In this document: positions 11,232-22,499 of the stretch, one piece after another
How positions within the stretch are numbered: the stretch's first letter is position 1
How the letters are laid out: every line of letters starts with the position of its first letter
NCBI RefSeq assembly: GCF_021028975.2
Contig: NC_059437.1
Coordinates: 57,536,001-57,600,000 of the forward strand
DNA length: 64,000 nucleotides
Direction: 5' to 3'
Source of the DNA: Sphaerodactylus townsendi
Lineage: Eukaryota
Notes under the pieces: model-generated
Databases searched by the model: none
What the model saw: the letters and a program-made list of their open reading frames with translations, nothing else
Told to the model about the DNA's origin: nothing
Made by a program: the position numbers and the translations under genes

Positions 11232-14200
11232 CTAGCCCAGGAAGGAGAGAAAGTGGTGAAGAGGCAAGTCTACCACAGGGGGACAGCCTCACTTTTGTGG
11301 GTAGGAGACAGCAGGGCCCTAATGCCTGCAGCCACGTTTAATAACTGCAACTGACTTCCAGGAGGGCTCTGGGGGTCAATTAGGGCGGCTCCTCTTTGGC
11401 GTTTGATCAAGGAAGAAAGAAAACTTAATGCAAGAAGTTAACAAGGACCAGGTGCTCAGGAAATCATCCTGCCAAGATTAGTCAGAATCCAGCCACAGTG
11501 AAAAAAAACAGCCGGTGCTTCTGACTTCGCACTGATCCATCGGCCTGCTCTCAACAGGACTTCTAAGTTGAAACAGATGACAGATGTTTCTGACCACACA
11601 GGACTTCACAAAAACTTCACAGGTGGGGCCAGGCTTAGGTGTTATCAAGTCAAGGGCCGCTTTCAACACCAGAGCTGGAGAAGATTTGGAACTGAGGTGA
11701 AGAAGATGGCCACTCTTTCCACCACCACCACCCCCCCCCCCCCACTGACCAATGATGTTCTGCCACCGCTCGGTCTCTGGCATAAAGCCAGCCACATATC
11801 AACCACTCTCGTACCAACACTGGAAGAGACTGCTCGGTTCATGACATCCAGGGCTTCGTTGAATTTCTCCTTGACGGACGGGTGGGCCAGCACCTGGTCC
11901 GAGAACATCGACTTCCAGCCCAGGTACCACTTGGTGATCTCCTCGTAATTAGGGTTGTTGCTGAGCCAGGAGCACAGGACCTGGGAAAGGCGGAGCAGGC
12001 AGGGCGTCAGAGGCGGCGGGCGGCTGGGCTGGGCTCCCGGCAGGGGCAGGCCTGCGCTTCTGAGAGGCAGGGAGTCTGGGGAACATCATGCTCCAGCCCA
12101 GAGAATGGCAGAGGGGGGGCGAGAGACCAACTCCTTGAGAAGTGGAATGAGCGGTTCTGCAGGTGCAACCTGAGCACCAGAGGAGTGAAGCCAGTCAAGA
12201 TGGCAAACCCAAGGGAGGTCAGTGGAGGCAGCAGCCATCCAGGGAAACAGCCCCAAAGACAATGCAACCGGCGGCGGCGGCAGCCCCACAACACCAGCCC
12301 AGCAGCCTTGGCCGCCCTCCTAAAGAGGGGCGAGGGGCAGCCCCCCCTCCCCCCCGGTGCCACACACCTGCAGCCACTTGGGAAAGAAGTGCTTCTCCAG
12401 CAGCCCCACCAGGCTGGAGGGCGAGACCATGCCTTCCCAGTCCAGCACCCAGAAGAAGGCGTCCACGTGCTGCTGGTGGGGGTTGATCAGCAGCTCGTTC
12501 AGGCACAGACCTGCAGGAAGAAGGGAGACCCCTGAAGCCACCTCGACCCACAGGGGGAGCAAAGCCCCGAGACCCTCTCCTGCCCTCAGACCACTCCACG
12601 CCCCGGCAGTTCCTGGCCACGAGTGCGGAAGAGGGGACAGGCCGCCAGGCTGCCTCACGGGGAAGCTCTGCTGGCTTCTTGGGCTCAAAGGGAAGGACTC
12701 AGCAGGGCGGAGGAGACCCAGCGGCTGTTCAGCTCCCACTGCAAGCCCACCACACCCTCCGGCCCAGTGCTCTGTGCAAGCATTCGGTTGCTGGATTCCT
12801 TCTGCAGAAAGACCCCAGCACTGATCTTGGGGTGACCCCCCAGCCTTCCTGCGCCCCTCTCCGTTCTCCCCTCCGCACAACCCCCTGTGGCCACTGGAAT
12901 TGCGAGGGAGCAGCAGCAGCAGAGGTGGCCCAGCGGCCGTCCGGCCAGGTGATTGGGGAGGGGGGGGGGACCTGAGAGTTCAGCACCTGCTCCCTGGAAG
13001 AGGCTCCCAGCCCAGCCAGATGCTGACTCCTCCCTTTTCTTAAAGCAAATGGGTGGATCAGCCATGGGCAAGACCAAGCTTGCCTGGGTAGCAGCACTGG
13101 GCACCCATGTCCAGGGAGGGGGACGGGGGGGTGGGTGGGGGTGGCAGGGGGCGTTCCTGGGGTGGGGGTGGGGGCTGCGCACAGCCAATCCAGCCTGCTC
13201 TCCTCACCCAGCTTCGGCACAATGTTCTTGATCATGAAAGCCTCCCACGATCCCGGGGTGAAGACGTCCTTCCAGGGCTGCAGGATAAGCTTGGCGGAGG
13301 AGTCGCTGGGGTGCCACTTCTGCAGGGCGCTGGACAGCTTGTTGCGGATGGGCGAGTAGAGGGGCTCGAGGCGGGCCTGCATCAGGGGCAGCCACGGGTG
13401 GATCCACGAGTGGATGGGCACCGTGTCCGTGAGAGGGTTCCAGTTCTCCACCTGCCAACGAGAGCAGAGGCCAGCGCTCAGGGGGAGCTCGAGAGGCCCG
13501 GCCACTGAAATCGCAGGGGCTCCCCCTCCCGCCTGAGCCTCATGCACCAGGAGCAGTGACCCGGCACAGCATGAATGGGGGCCCCCTCCTACCTCCTTCT
13601 GCAACTTGGGGAAGATCAGCTGGTCCAGAATGTTGTCCAGGATCCAGACGGGAATGATGTGCCCCCAGCTGTCCAGGAAGTCCACCATCGGGACGCAGTT
13701 CCGGGGCTGCCACTGCGCGATGATGTTCCGCACGTACGGCATCCACGCCTCCCACATCAGCCTGAGGAAAAAGGCCTTGCGGTGAGAACGCTCAACCAAA
13801 CAGCCAAGCAAGAGAACGCCCACCAAGCCAGATTTTTAACAACTGCTTTCTTCTTGGCCATGAAAAAGTTGGTGGCTCTTCACCAGGACCCTCTTTCTGA
13901 CCCTCCCCCCAGCTCTCTGGGCCACGCTCAAATCCTGCGGGGTAGGGGATGGGGGCAGGGGGGTGTCCTGCCCAAGCCCTTTTCCTTCAGGGTCCTCACT
14001 GGGCTGGGTGTCCAGCAGAAAGGCCCAGGGAGCTCAGAGAAGGAGGAACCAAAGGCGGCTCCTACAGTTCAGACTCCCTCCCTCAACCCACACAGGCAGC
14101 CCGATTACCGGTGAAATGCGTCCGAGGAGGGGTCCTGCGCCCCGTGAGACAACAGCTGGTCGTTTTCCAGCAGCCTCTTCCACTGGCCGAGGACTTCTGT

Positions 14201-17200
14201 GCCAAACATGCAGTCCTGGGGAGGAAAGAGGCCCAGCGTGATACTAGAAACACGGCAGGAGGCAGGAAAGGAGGAGGCGCGATCCCTACGCCAGGAATGG
14301 CAACGCCTTTTAATTGTTCTGCCAGGCATAGGTCAAAATGTCCCTGGACGCTTCCCATGGGGAAATAGCACCTCGGGTGTCTCTGAACACCCACCTTTCC
14401 CACCTCTGAGGTCAGGAGGCAAAATACTGTGCCAGTGTGTCCCAGCCCCCCCTTCCTCTTGTACGATGCCACCCATCTTCCCGGAAGATTAAGGCCCTCT
14501 CCACCAGCCACCCACCTTCAGTGGGTCCCAGTTCTTGAAGTACTCCTTCACCAGTGGGAAAACAATGGCTGCTGCCAGATCCACACGGTCGGACATGCAA
14601 TACTCCTCGTAATATTTATCCTGGAGGGTCTCAAAGATCCTGGCGCACTCGACGAGGCTCAGGGGGTTTTCGCAGCCGGGCTGCATCCGCCTCTCGCACT
14701 CCTCCACTATCTCCAGGACCTTGCTGAGGTTGTGGACCTCCAGCTCCTCGCGAGAGAGGACCTCGTCCATCTTCTCGATCTCGTGGCTCAGGTTGACCAC
14801 CATGTCGCGCTCGTACTGCAGCTGCCGGTCGTTCTGGATGATTTCCTGCTCCGTGAGGTCGATGAGGAGCTGCAGGTTGTGCTCCAGCTCTGGCAGGGCG
14901 AAGGCCTGCGGCTTGGAGTCCTTGTCCAGGGGCAGCTGCTGGGGGGGCGCATCGTCCGGGATGTTGTGCTTCTGGCTGATCTGGCTGTAGCTGTAGTAGA
15001 CCTTCTGCTCCCGGCCCGTCATGTCAATCACCTTTCGAGCAACACAAGGCAAACCAAAGGTCAGTCACGAGGCAGGAGAAGGAGTGAATCCCAGCCAGGA
15101 GAGCATGTGCGAAACAGGCACATGAATCTATTTCAAGGTGCCAGCAGAGGCATGTGCAGGAGGGGGCAACTGGAGCTAACCATAAGAAGGCAGCCATTGC
15201 TGGGAATGTGAGACAGGTGTGTGTGTGTGTGTGTGTGTTTCTGCTGGGAACTGAAGCAAGAGGCAAAGCGGGTGGTGGGGGTGGGGGTGCCTTCTGCTTG
15301 GGGTTCTAGAGCTGTGTGGGGGTTCCAGCTGATTTGGAAGCTAATTTCCAGCTCTTCCCAGCTCTTAGGAGGATAGAGACCTCTATGGACTGATGTGGGG
15401 CTAGTCATCCACTAGAGCCGTGGTGGCGAACCTTTGGCACTCCAGATGTTATGGACTACAATTCCCATCAGCCCCTGCCAACATGGCCAATTGGGAATTG
15501 TAGTCCATAACATCTGGAGTGCCAAAGGTTCGCCACCACTGCACTAGAGACTGTTTGGGAGAGAAACGTCAGGTCCTGGCTGGGGCAGAATTGATCTGAG
15601 GGGGGGGCACGTCAACCATCATGGCAGCACACCTGGGCACCCATGACTCTAGAGAATGTCATCATGGGGTACTGAAAAGAAAAGGTATGTTGCTGGCCAG
15701 AAAGATAAAGGCCTGGACTCCTGCGGCCACATTCTCAGAATTGGTGCCTGCTCCTTGCCCGGGGCCAGACAGACGAGTACAGCTTGTGGTGCTGAGAGGA
15801 AGGGTTTAGGTTTGTCAGGCTCTGGGGAACTTCCTGTACTCAAAAGGGCATCATTTGAACCAAAGCAGCTTTTACGCCACCTTCTGCAAAAAAGCCTCCA
15901 GTCTAACATGCCAATCCCCCACCCTGCTCTACCGCCTCCTGTGCCAACTCGCCACGAGCTGCCTCCGTGGCACTGTCCTTCCCGCTCGCCACCGGCCCAC
16001 TGCTCCCGCCCATGCCCTCCGCTTGCTGGCCCAGTTCCATCCGCATCCACGCTGCTCCGGCATCAGGCCTCACCTTGACCTGCGCCAGCTCTTTCTGGGG
16101 AGTCGAGAGCTGCTTGCCCACCCGGCCCTTGGCCTTCAGCTCCTCCACGGTCTTGTAGGCGTACTTGGGTTTCTTCTTGCCCCCACTTGGGTCCTTCCGC
16201 CACTGGCTGAGCTCCTTCTGGAAGTCCTGGAAGGGAAGCAAAGCCAAAGGTGGAGGAGACGGGTCCCCCACAGACAGGCTGCCAGTCACTGGCTGGGGCT
16301 TCCCATCATGGATCACATCCGAGGCTATTTACTTATTTCCAAAAGGTCAGCGAGAGCCACAAAATGCTCACACAGACCCCTGGATGACAGAGAAGGAAGT
16401 GGGGAGAGAATGCCCCACCTCTTCAGCTTCTTCCTCCGAGTCAACCACAGGGAAGTCTTGCAGGGACTGAGAAGTCCGTTCCGAGCCGTAGGCCCCCACG
16501 GCCCCTTTGCCTTTCCTCTGCTTGGCCTCAATGGGATTGATGATACCTGAGAAAGTTCAGAGCAGTCAATTTGTGAATGTTCCATGACCTCAGCTGCCAG
16601 GAGAAACTGTGAAGGCAGCCCCCCCCCCCCCCCACTCCCCTCATGGCCTCTCCAGACTCCAAGGCTCGGGAGAGGGAGAAGGCGAAGCTCCAATGTGGTG
16701 TCCTACTTACACCACAAAGCAGCTCCGCCCAGAGCTGGCCCCTCAGCTAAGTCCAGGCACCCTCAAGCAGACGCTTGGGGTAACGCTTCTTGCCTTCTCA
16801 CCCACAGACAAATGCTGTTCATCCCAGGTGAACAACAAATTACCCCTTGGGACATACTCAGCTCCTCCTCCCCAAGCCAACGAGCGTGTTTGCAAACACC
16901 TGCTGAATAATGTTGTGCACATCCGAGAAGCGATTTTATGCTGCTTCCCTTCCTCAATGGGGGACCTCCAAAGGTCCACCGTCAGGAAGAGTCCGGCCAT
17001 ACCTTGAGCGTTCTTGCCAAGCCCTCTGCCGGGCACGTAGCCCATTTTCTGGAGGAGCTTCTGCCCAATCCCTTTGGTGTGCCGCTCCCAGCTGCCAAAG
17101 TCCATGAAGGACTTGGTCCCTCCAACAAAACATTTCTGGCTGGGTTTGAAGTTGCCACCCTGTGAAAACAAAAGGGGCAAATGAGATTCAATTTAAGTAA

Positions 17201-20058
17201 CACTAAAGTGGGACAGTGATAGAGCAGATCATTACACAGACAGTCTATACACACTGAGAAGGGAACGCCATGATCACTAAAAGTCAACATGGGTTTCTCA
17301 AGAACTAGCCATTCCAGACTACTATTATCTCTTTTCCTGATAGAGCGAGAGGACTGGTAGATGAAAGGAATGCTGTGGATGTAGCATACTCTGATCTAGC
17401 AAGGCCTTTGACAAGGTCCCCCATGATACTTTTGCAAGCAAGCTAGTAAAATGGGCTAGATGAAGCTACTGTTAGATGGATTTGTAATTGACTGACTGGC
17501 TAAACCCAAAGGTTGTTCACCAACGGCTCATCTTCATCCTGGAGACAAGAGACTAGTGAGGAGCTGCAGGGTTCTGTCCTGGGCCCAGGGCTGTTCAGTA
17601 TTTGTATCAGTGACTTGGATGGTGGAATAGAGGGCAGGCTAATCCAATTTGCAGATGACATCAAAATAGGAGGGGCAGCCAATACCCCAGAGGACGGGGC
17701 CAGAATGCAAAATGGCCTGGACAGATCAGAGAGCTGGGCCAAAACTAACAAAAGGAATTTCAACAGAGATAAATATAAGATTCTTCACTTAGGCAGAAAA
17801 ATTAAATGCACCGATATAGGATGGGTGACACCTGGCTTGACAACACTACATGCAAATGGGATCTGGGAGTCTTAGTAGACTGCAAACTAAATAGCAGTAT
17901 GAAGCGGCAGCCAAGAAAGCCAACGCAATTGTGGGCTGCATCAATAGGAGTACAGTGTCTAGATTAAGAGACATCATAGTGCCTCTTTATTCTGTATTGG
18001 TCAGACCTCACCTGGAATATTACATTAAGTTCTGGACACTGCAAGATAGATATTGACAAGCTGGAACAGGTCCAGAGGAGGGTGACCAAAATGATAAATG
18101 GTCTGGAATTTATGATCTATGAGGATGGGCTTAGGGAGCTGGGGAGGTTTAGTCTGGAGAACAGCAGATTAAAGGGGTGACATGATAGCCCTGTTTAGAT
18201 ATGTGAAGGGATGTCATGTTGGTGAGGGAGCAAGCTTGTTTTCCGCTGCTCCAAAATCTGGGACAAGGAGTAGTGGATTCAAGGTGCAGGAAAAGAGATT
18301 CCACCTAAACATCAAGAAGAACTTCCTGACAGACAGTTGGACAGTGGAATACACTGCCTCAGAGAGCGGTGGAGCCTCCTTCTTTGGAGGTTTTTAAACA
18401 GAGCTGGATGGCCATCTGTCAGGAATGCTTTGATTGTGTGTTCCTGCATGGCAAGAGGCAGGGCCGGAGCGAGTGGGAGCTGCGCCCGGGGCACACGTGC
18501 GCCCACACCCCTGTACTGGAATGCACCCGGGGCATCATGCCCCCCTGCCCCCTTGGCGCTATGCCACTGGCCAGGGGTCAGACCTGATAACCCTTGAGGT
18601 CTCTTCCAACTCTTATGATTCTGCGGAACACTCAACTATACCCCCACCCCACCCCTGTTTTCACATACACGCTGGTGGAACCTAAACCAACAAGCTTGAC
18701 CATGAAAGAGATCCTGGAGTGGCAATTTTAAAAAAATGACTATCCAGTGTGTGGTTCAGAAAGTTAAGGACGGCTTATAGGACTGAAAAATAGCCAGTAA
18801 CGCCCTTGCATGCACCTGTGGTGCAGCCACCATCTATTTGTTCAAAGGTTCCCAACTAAGCTTAACAGCACAGGACAAGAGGATGGATCCTCATGTATTA
18901 AAAATTGGTCCAACCACAGGAAGCAGAGAGTAGGAATAAATATACAGCTCTTGCAACGGAGGGAAGTAACCAGTAGGATCTCAAAACCATGAGAACAGGT
19001 GTTATTATATTTGTTCATCCATGATATGGAAGGGAAGTGAGTAGTGTAGTAGCCAGGCTTGTATGTGGCTTAAGAAAGAGTTCTTGTGAATTTGTCTGGG
19101 GCGGGGGGAAGGTTAAGAGAACAGACAGGATGCTGGATCAGACACTCAGTTCACCTGACCCAGGAGGGCTGTCCTGTCTTTGCAGCCATTATTTGCACTC
19201 CACCAGGACCTTGAACAGGTTTCCAGGCTCTTTTGCAGACTGAAAGAGTTGCAGGTGGGCGTGACTCACCGTTTTCAGCTTCTTTGGCACAAACTCTTTC
19301 GGGGCCTCCTCTTGCTTCCCGGGCTTCTCGTCCTCCTCAGAATCCTCCTCTTCCAAGTCTTCTGGGGCTGTTTTCTTCAGCCCAGCACTGATGAAGTTCA
19401 CGGGGGCCGAGTAATCCTTGGACCTGCGGGCGTTTTCCAAAGCAAAGGGCAGGTGAGCGCCTTTCCCGCAAGCAGGGCTGGTGGGCAGCCGTCCAGATCA
19501 CAGAGAGCGGCAGAAGAGCCCTGCAGGATCAGGCCCGCCTGGCCGAGACTCTCGGCAGCCCCTGGACGGGAGAGCCCCACAGCCCCCTCCTCCATCCCGG
19601 CACGTTGGGGCCTCTTGGGGGGGTAGCTCTGCGCGCCCCCGCCCCGCCCCCCAGGTGGAAGCCAGTTCCTCAGATACCCCCAGGCTGCCGGCAGGAGCCC
19701 TTGGCCGGGAGGGGGCTCTCCCTGTGGGCGCCCCCTCCCCCCTTCCCGGCAGGGCTGCTGCTGGGCCGCCCCCTCCCCCGCACCTCTTGCCGGCGAATGC
19801 GGGCCGGTCGTCGTCCTCGTCGTCGTCCTCGTCGGAGTCCCCCCCGCCGCCGCCGCCTTTCCCGCCGGGGCGGCGCTGCGGGGCCCAGATGCCGTAGAGG
19901 GCCTCCTCCTTGGTCTGCCGGTGGCGCTGCCGGTTCGGGTTGAACTCGTTCTGCAGGTCCCACTCGGTGATCTCGAAGCGCTCCAGCTCCTCCTCCTCCT
20001 CCTCCCCCCCGCCCCCCAGCGCCCCCTCCCCCCCGTACAGATGCGGCCGCAGCGACAT
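10876..20058 (-). CDS. TFIP11: Tuftelin-interacting protein 11 (G-patch spliceosome disassembly factor), 855 aa
   Basis: 12 coding exons totalling 2568 nt, all GT-AG and in phase. TIP_N ([12 protein letters not shown]), G-patch ([26 protein letters not shown]), GCFC domain, C-terminus [10 protein letters not shown]. Confidence 0.97.
11815..11980 (-). CDS. TFIP11: TFIP11 coding exon 11
   Basis: [23 protein letters not shown]...SSVG. Confidence 0.95.
12368..12510 (-). CDS. TFIP11: TFIP11 coding exon 10
   Basis: [14 protein letters not shown]...FPKWLQ. Confidence 0.95.
13208..13451 (-). CDS. TFIP11: TFIP11 coding exon 9
   Basis: [20 protein letters not shown]...VPKLG. Confidence 0.95.
13593..13761 (-). 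CDS. TFIP11: TFIP11 coding exon 8
   Basis: [12 protein letters not shown]...PKLQKE. Confidence 0.95.
14109..14215 (-). CDS. TFIP11: TFIP11 coding exon 7
   Basis: [13 protein letters not shown]...AFHR. Confidence 0.94.
14516..15031 (-). CDS. TFIP11: TFIP11 coding exon 6
   Basis: [15 protein letters not shown]...WDPLK. Confidence 0.95.
15418..15541. mobile_element. palindromic hAT MITE (family A)
   Basis: Near-perfect hairpin; TSD CACTAGAG on both sides. Confidence 0.9.
16074..16226 (-). CDS. TFIP11: TFIP11 coding exon 5
   Basis: [13 protein letters not shown]...AQVK. Confidence 0.94.
16419..16546 (-). CDS. TFIP11: TFIP11 coding exon 4
   Basis: [23 protein letters not shown]...EEAEE. Confidence 0.94.
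17003..17159 (-). CDS. TFIP11: TFIP11 coding exon 3 (G-patch)
   Basis: GGNFKPSQK...KNAQG. Confidence 0.95.
17285..18625 (+). mobile_element. CR1 LINE 3' part (decayed RT), in a TFIP11 intron
   Basis: KAFDKVPHD-, QGSVLGP-, FADD- and VRPHLEY-like motifs with stops; CR1 3' tail; small hAT-like insert at 18459-18569. Confidence 0.85.
19270..19423 (-). CDS. TFIP11: TFIP11 coding exon 2
   Basis: [17 protein letters not shown]...KLKT. Confidence 0.94.
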
Positions 20059-20460
20059 GGCCCCGGCAGGCAGGCAGGCAGGCAGGCAGGCAAGAGCGGA
20101 AGACGGCCGGGCTGCGGCGCCGCGAACTGCGCCTGCGCAACAAGACGCTTCCGGGAGGGCCGCTCTGCCCCTCCCTCTCGGTGGTCGGGGAGGGAGGCGG
20201 GGCCCTGGGACGTCCGGCCGGCGCCCCGCCCCCTCCCGTACAGCTCGCCGGGCGAAGCGAAGCGCTGGGGCAGGCCGACCCTTCCGGGCTGGTGTGTCGG
20301 GCGGGAGCGGCGGCTCGAGCACGTCCAAAGCCTGGGGCGCCCCCTGCGCCCAGCCTAGGCGGGCCTACCTCACAGGGCCGTTGCAGCGAGGGTCGCGGCG
20401 GGCCGAAGGAAGGCAGGCAGGCCCGCCCAGGGAAGCCGGAGCAGGGCAGGACCACCACCC
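19500..20460 (-). promoter_or_regulatory. CpG island / TFIP11 promoter
   Basis: CpG-dense block spanning the TFIP11 ATG; NRF1-like TGCGCCTGCGCA near 20128 and CTTCCGG ETS-like motifs upstream. Confidence 0.75.
19784..20058 (-). CDS. TFIP11: TFIP11 coding exon 1
   Basis: MSLRPHLY...[19 protein letters not shown]...AGKR, |gtgcgg. Confidence 0.92.
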
Positions 20461-20829
20461 CCCTGTTCAGAAGGACCCGGCCGGAGCACCATCAGACCAG
20501 CACCCCGGATGCTCAGGCTGGGCCCTGCCCCCGGCCAGAGAAGGTGGTCCTCACTCAGCCTCGCCTGCCCTCACAGAGTGGGTGAGGATGGAGCGGCCGT
20601 TTGGCCCCCCCCCTCCCCCCCCCCACACCCACCCAGGGAGAAAGGTGGGCCGGGTGGGGGAGCTGCCTGCAGGTGCTGCCCTTTTCACAACAGACACAGC
20701 TTCTCCCACCTGTGTGTGGGTACAACTCTACTTACGCATCCCAAAGGGATTGGGGGTGTGGGGTTGTGTGGTTAATATCGAAATAATTATTAAACAGGTC
20801 AAATAAATCCAGGCGAGATGCAAAGGGAG

Positions 20830-21283
20830 ACAGCCGCATATATTAATTTTAATTTGTTTTTGTTTGGGGTTGTTTTTTTTCCTGTAAATTACAAATAAAA
20901 GTGACGAGAGGCAAATTTCAGATTGTCACCTGTAAGACAAAAGCACGCTAGCAGGGTTAAGTTAACAGAGTTATTTGAGGTGAACAAAAATTACAAGACA
21001 CTTTTAGACGGAGCCTGAGGAGAGATCTCCAGCCCACAAGTATAAAACGTTCTTCAGTAGGCCTCAAGATCTCCACAGATTTTGCCTCGAACCACAGAGC
21101 ATCCAACCAAGTAGGCAGACTCAGGAGTCTGTAATGTCCAAAGTTTGCAAATAAATGCAAAAATGCCTGACAGAAAACACTCCATGTGGCAATGTCAGTA
21201 GCAAGCAATATGCTTGGATAACAGATTTCCACGTTTGCTTTTGCAAAGTTTCTTCTCTTCAGCACAACCAGAAGCAACTGCAC
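20830..21283 (-). other. TPST2: probable TPST2 3'UTR-only terminal exon
   Basis: Acceptor ctcccctccacag| at 21284; ATTAAA (minus) at 20848-20853. Confidence 0.6.
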
Positions 21284-21349
21284 CTGTGGAGGGGAGACAG
21301 CCACAGTTATTTCTGCAAAGGATGTACAGTCTTTTAATTAAGCATGTCG

Positions 21350-22046
21350 TTGGTGGTTGTGGGTTTTCCGGGCTGTGTGGCTGTGGTCTGGTAGATCTTG
21401 TTCCTAACGTTTCATCTGCTTCTGTGACTGGCATTTGCAGAGGTGTGCACTTCTCTCTGTGATACACCCCTGAAGATGCCAGCCACTAATGTAGGTGAAA
21501 CGTTAGGAAGAAGACCTACCAGACCACAGCTACATAGCCTGGAAAATCCACAACAACCAGTTGAATCTATAAAATTATGCATGGGGTAGAAAATGTTGAC
21601 AGATAATTTTTCTCTCTCTTTCTCGCAATACTAGAACCAGGGGGCATTCATTGAAAATGCTGGGGGGAAGAATTAGGACTAATAAAAGGAAACACTTCTT
21701 CACGCAACGTGTGATTGGTGTTTGGAATAGGCTGCCACAGGAGGTGGTGATGGCCACTAACCTGGATAGCTTTCAAAGGGGCTTGGACAGATTTATGGAG
21801 GAGAACTCGATTTATGGCTACCAATCTTGATCCTCTTTGATCTGAGATTGCAAATGCCTTAACAGTCCAGGTGCTCGGGAGCAACAGCCGCAGAAGGCCA
21901 TTGCTTTCACATCCTACATGTGAGCTCCCAATGGCACCTGGTGGGCCACTGCGAGTAACAGAGAGCTGGACTAGATGGACTCTGGTCTGATCCAGCTGGC
22001 TTGTTTTTATGTTCTTAATCCGGCCGTGAAAGCCTTCGACAATACA
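21350..22046. mobile_element. Penelope-like hairpin element interrupted by a CR1 insertion
   Basis: Inverted repeat 21352-21558, 3' end gaaagccttcgacaataca, flanking AGCATGT duplication; CR1 at 21568-22016 inside. Confidence 0.75.
21568..22016 (+). mobile_element. CR1 LINE 3' fragment
   Basis: RTRGHSLK-like C-terminal RT tail and 3' (ttcttatg)-like end; near-identical to 24356-24701. Confidence 0.8.
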
Positions 22047-22469
22047 AGCATGTAATTAACTCTGTGTGTGCCCCTTCCGTCCTCAGCTCAGGTTGGAAGA
22101 CAGGCTTTCAGACATAAAAATACATGCGGGGGAGCATGAGTCAGAAATAGCAGCAGAAGAGCTATGGGGAGGCAGCCTCCCTTTCTGGGAAACATCACCC
22201 AGAGACGGCCACTCTGCCCTGAGGCATTTCAGGCCCAGAGGTGGCAAAACCACCCAACAGAGACCTTAAGACCATTGACACGGTGTTCTCATGCGCTCCC
22301 AAGGCAGTCACCCCAGACTCCCTCTCCACGCCAGAAGGAGGTGATGCAGCTTATCAGCCAGTCCCCAGACGTCTTACAGCAGCTGTGCAGTGGAGGAAGA
22401 ATGGGCTCCATTTGCCCAAATCCAGGCTTGACACGGGCTCAAGTACGTACCTGGAAGTCCTCTGCTTCA

Positions 22470-22499
22470 TCAGTGGAAACCAGTAGTATTCTGTGTCCC
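22470..22499 (-). CDS. TPST2: TPST2 last coding exon (exon extends to 22451)
   Basis: GTQNTTGFH*, followed 19 nt later by donor |gtacgt. Confidence 0.8.
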   Translation of the reverse strand, partial: GTQNTTGFH

